Assembly: GCA_002633005.1 (NCBI GenBank)
Contig: NMRA01000790.1
Coordinates: 1 to 64,000 of the forward strand
Reading direction: 5' to 3'
Source: Phoronis australis
Taxonomy: Eukaryota > Animalia > Phoronida
DNA: 64,000 bases
Shown: positions 63,223 to 64,000 of the stretch, piece after piece
Layout of the letters: each line of letters opens with the position of its first letter
Numbering within the stretch: the stretch's first letter is position 1
Position numbers and translations under genes: made by a program
Notes under the pieces: model-generated
What the model was told of the DNA's origin: nothing
Database searches by the model: none
What the model saw: the letters and a program-made list of their open reading frames with translations, nothing else

Positions 63223-64000
63223 CCCCCCTAAATCCGCCTATGCACTCCAACAAACAAAAATAGGCACATATCTTGAATTTGCACAAAACTAGAAAGGAAA
63301 ATGTCAAAAGTAAAGTCGAGCTCGATTTCAAGTGTAAAGATTGTGGCCCGTGTCCTGGTGTTATGTGAGTCACGGACCGCAACGTGACACATGCAATTTT
63401 GCACCTTGGATCACGACGAGTCAGGTTGCACATTCATTATACCATTTGAGCAAGGTTACCAAGAATTTACGTCTTGCGATCGAGTAGATACCGATGTGAC
63501 TTGTATGATTTGACTATGACAACTGTCACTCAAACAGGGGGCATTCAGACGTGGGGTGCCGAAACATTTCCATAAGATTAAAGTGCTTAAGATCACCAAT
63601 TTCATATGACATAGGCCTACTCAACAACAACCCCACCACTCGATCATATGTCAAATTAGAACATCCGCAAACACTAACTGACGACACAGGACAACCAATC
63701 ACAGTTGTAGTCATCCCTCATTGCGTTCATTGTAAAAAGTCGTCAGGTATTGCTGCTCGTTTTCTCAGGTTTGTGGTATGACAAAAAATGGCGATCCGAG
63801 GTGTTTGTTATTGCTGTGGCACGTCGTGACTCTTTTCACTTTTACGCGCAACAACAAATCGCGGATATGGCACACGTTTGTACCAGAAACTCGCGCGTTA
63901 GTAACATGCGGACACACTGGCTCTGACTGTGTTCCTACGTCGATCACACTCATGTCCCTGGAGCCAAGAAATTTTAATTTTTCATCTAGGTTTTCGTTCA

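Noticed and set aside
62297-63433. 378-aa and 329-aa ORFs
   Set aside because: They are open only because they cross the N gap.

Overview
AT-rich eukaryotic genomic DNA, probably from an invertebrate animal, with spliceosomal introns, dense repeats and assembly Ns. No prokaryotic genes, rRNA or CRISPR array are seen. Bases 1464-18870 form a Kolobok-type DNA transposon with TTAA at both ends and 12-bp TIRs. It carries an intact two-exon KolX gene (P2X7 C-terminal-like domain) on the + strand, tail-to-tail with a multi-exon THAP-DDE transposase on the - strand; part of the transposase is duplicated across an N join. From about 19.5 kb to 62 kb the window is a mosaic of multi-kb paralogous blocks holding five small phase-0 exons, each encoding exactly one ankyrin repeat (21571-21669, 23964-24062, 30104-30202, 42943-43050, 60195-60308). 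Four of them are invisible in the ORF track. Their framework codons and adjacent intron sequence are nearly identical between paralogs, while the binding-face codons are hypervariable in sequence and length. This candidate diversifying ankyrin-cassette receptor locus is the most interesting signal. Its introns contain a deleted Gypsy LTR element, a Harbinger-type MITE, a LINE fragment, an 8-kb foldback-like satellite structure, a Sola3 remnant and a second, internally deleted Kolobok.
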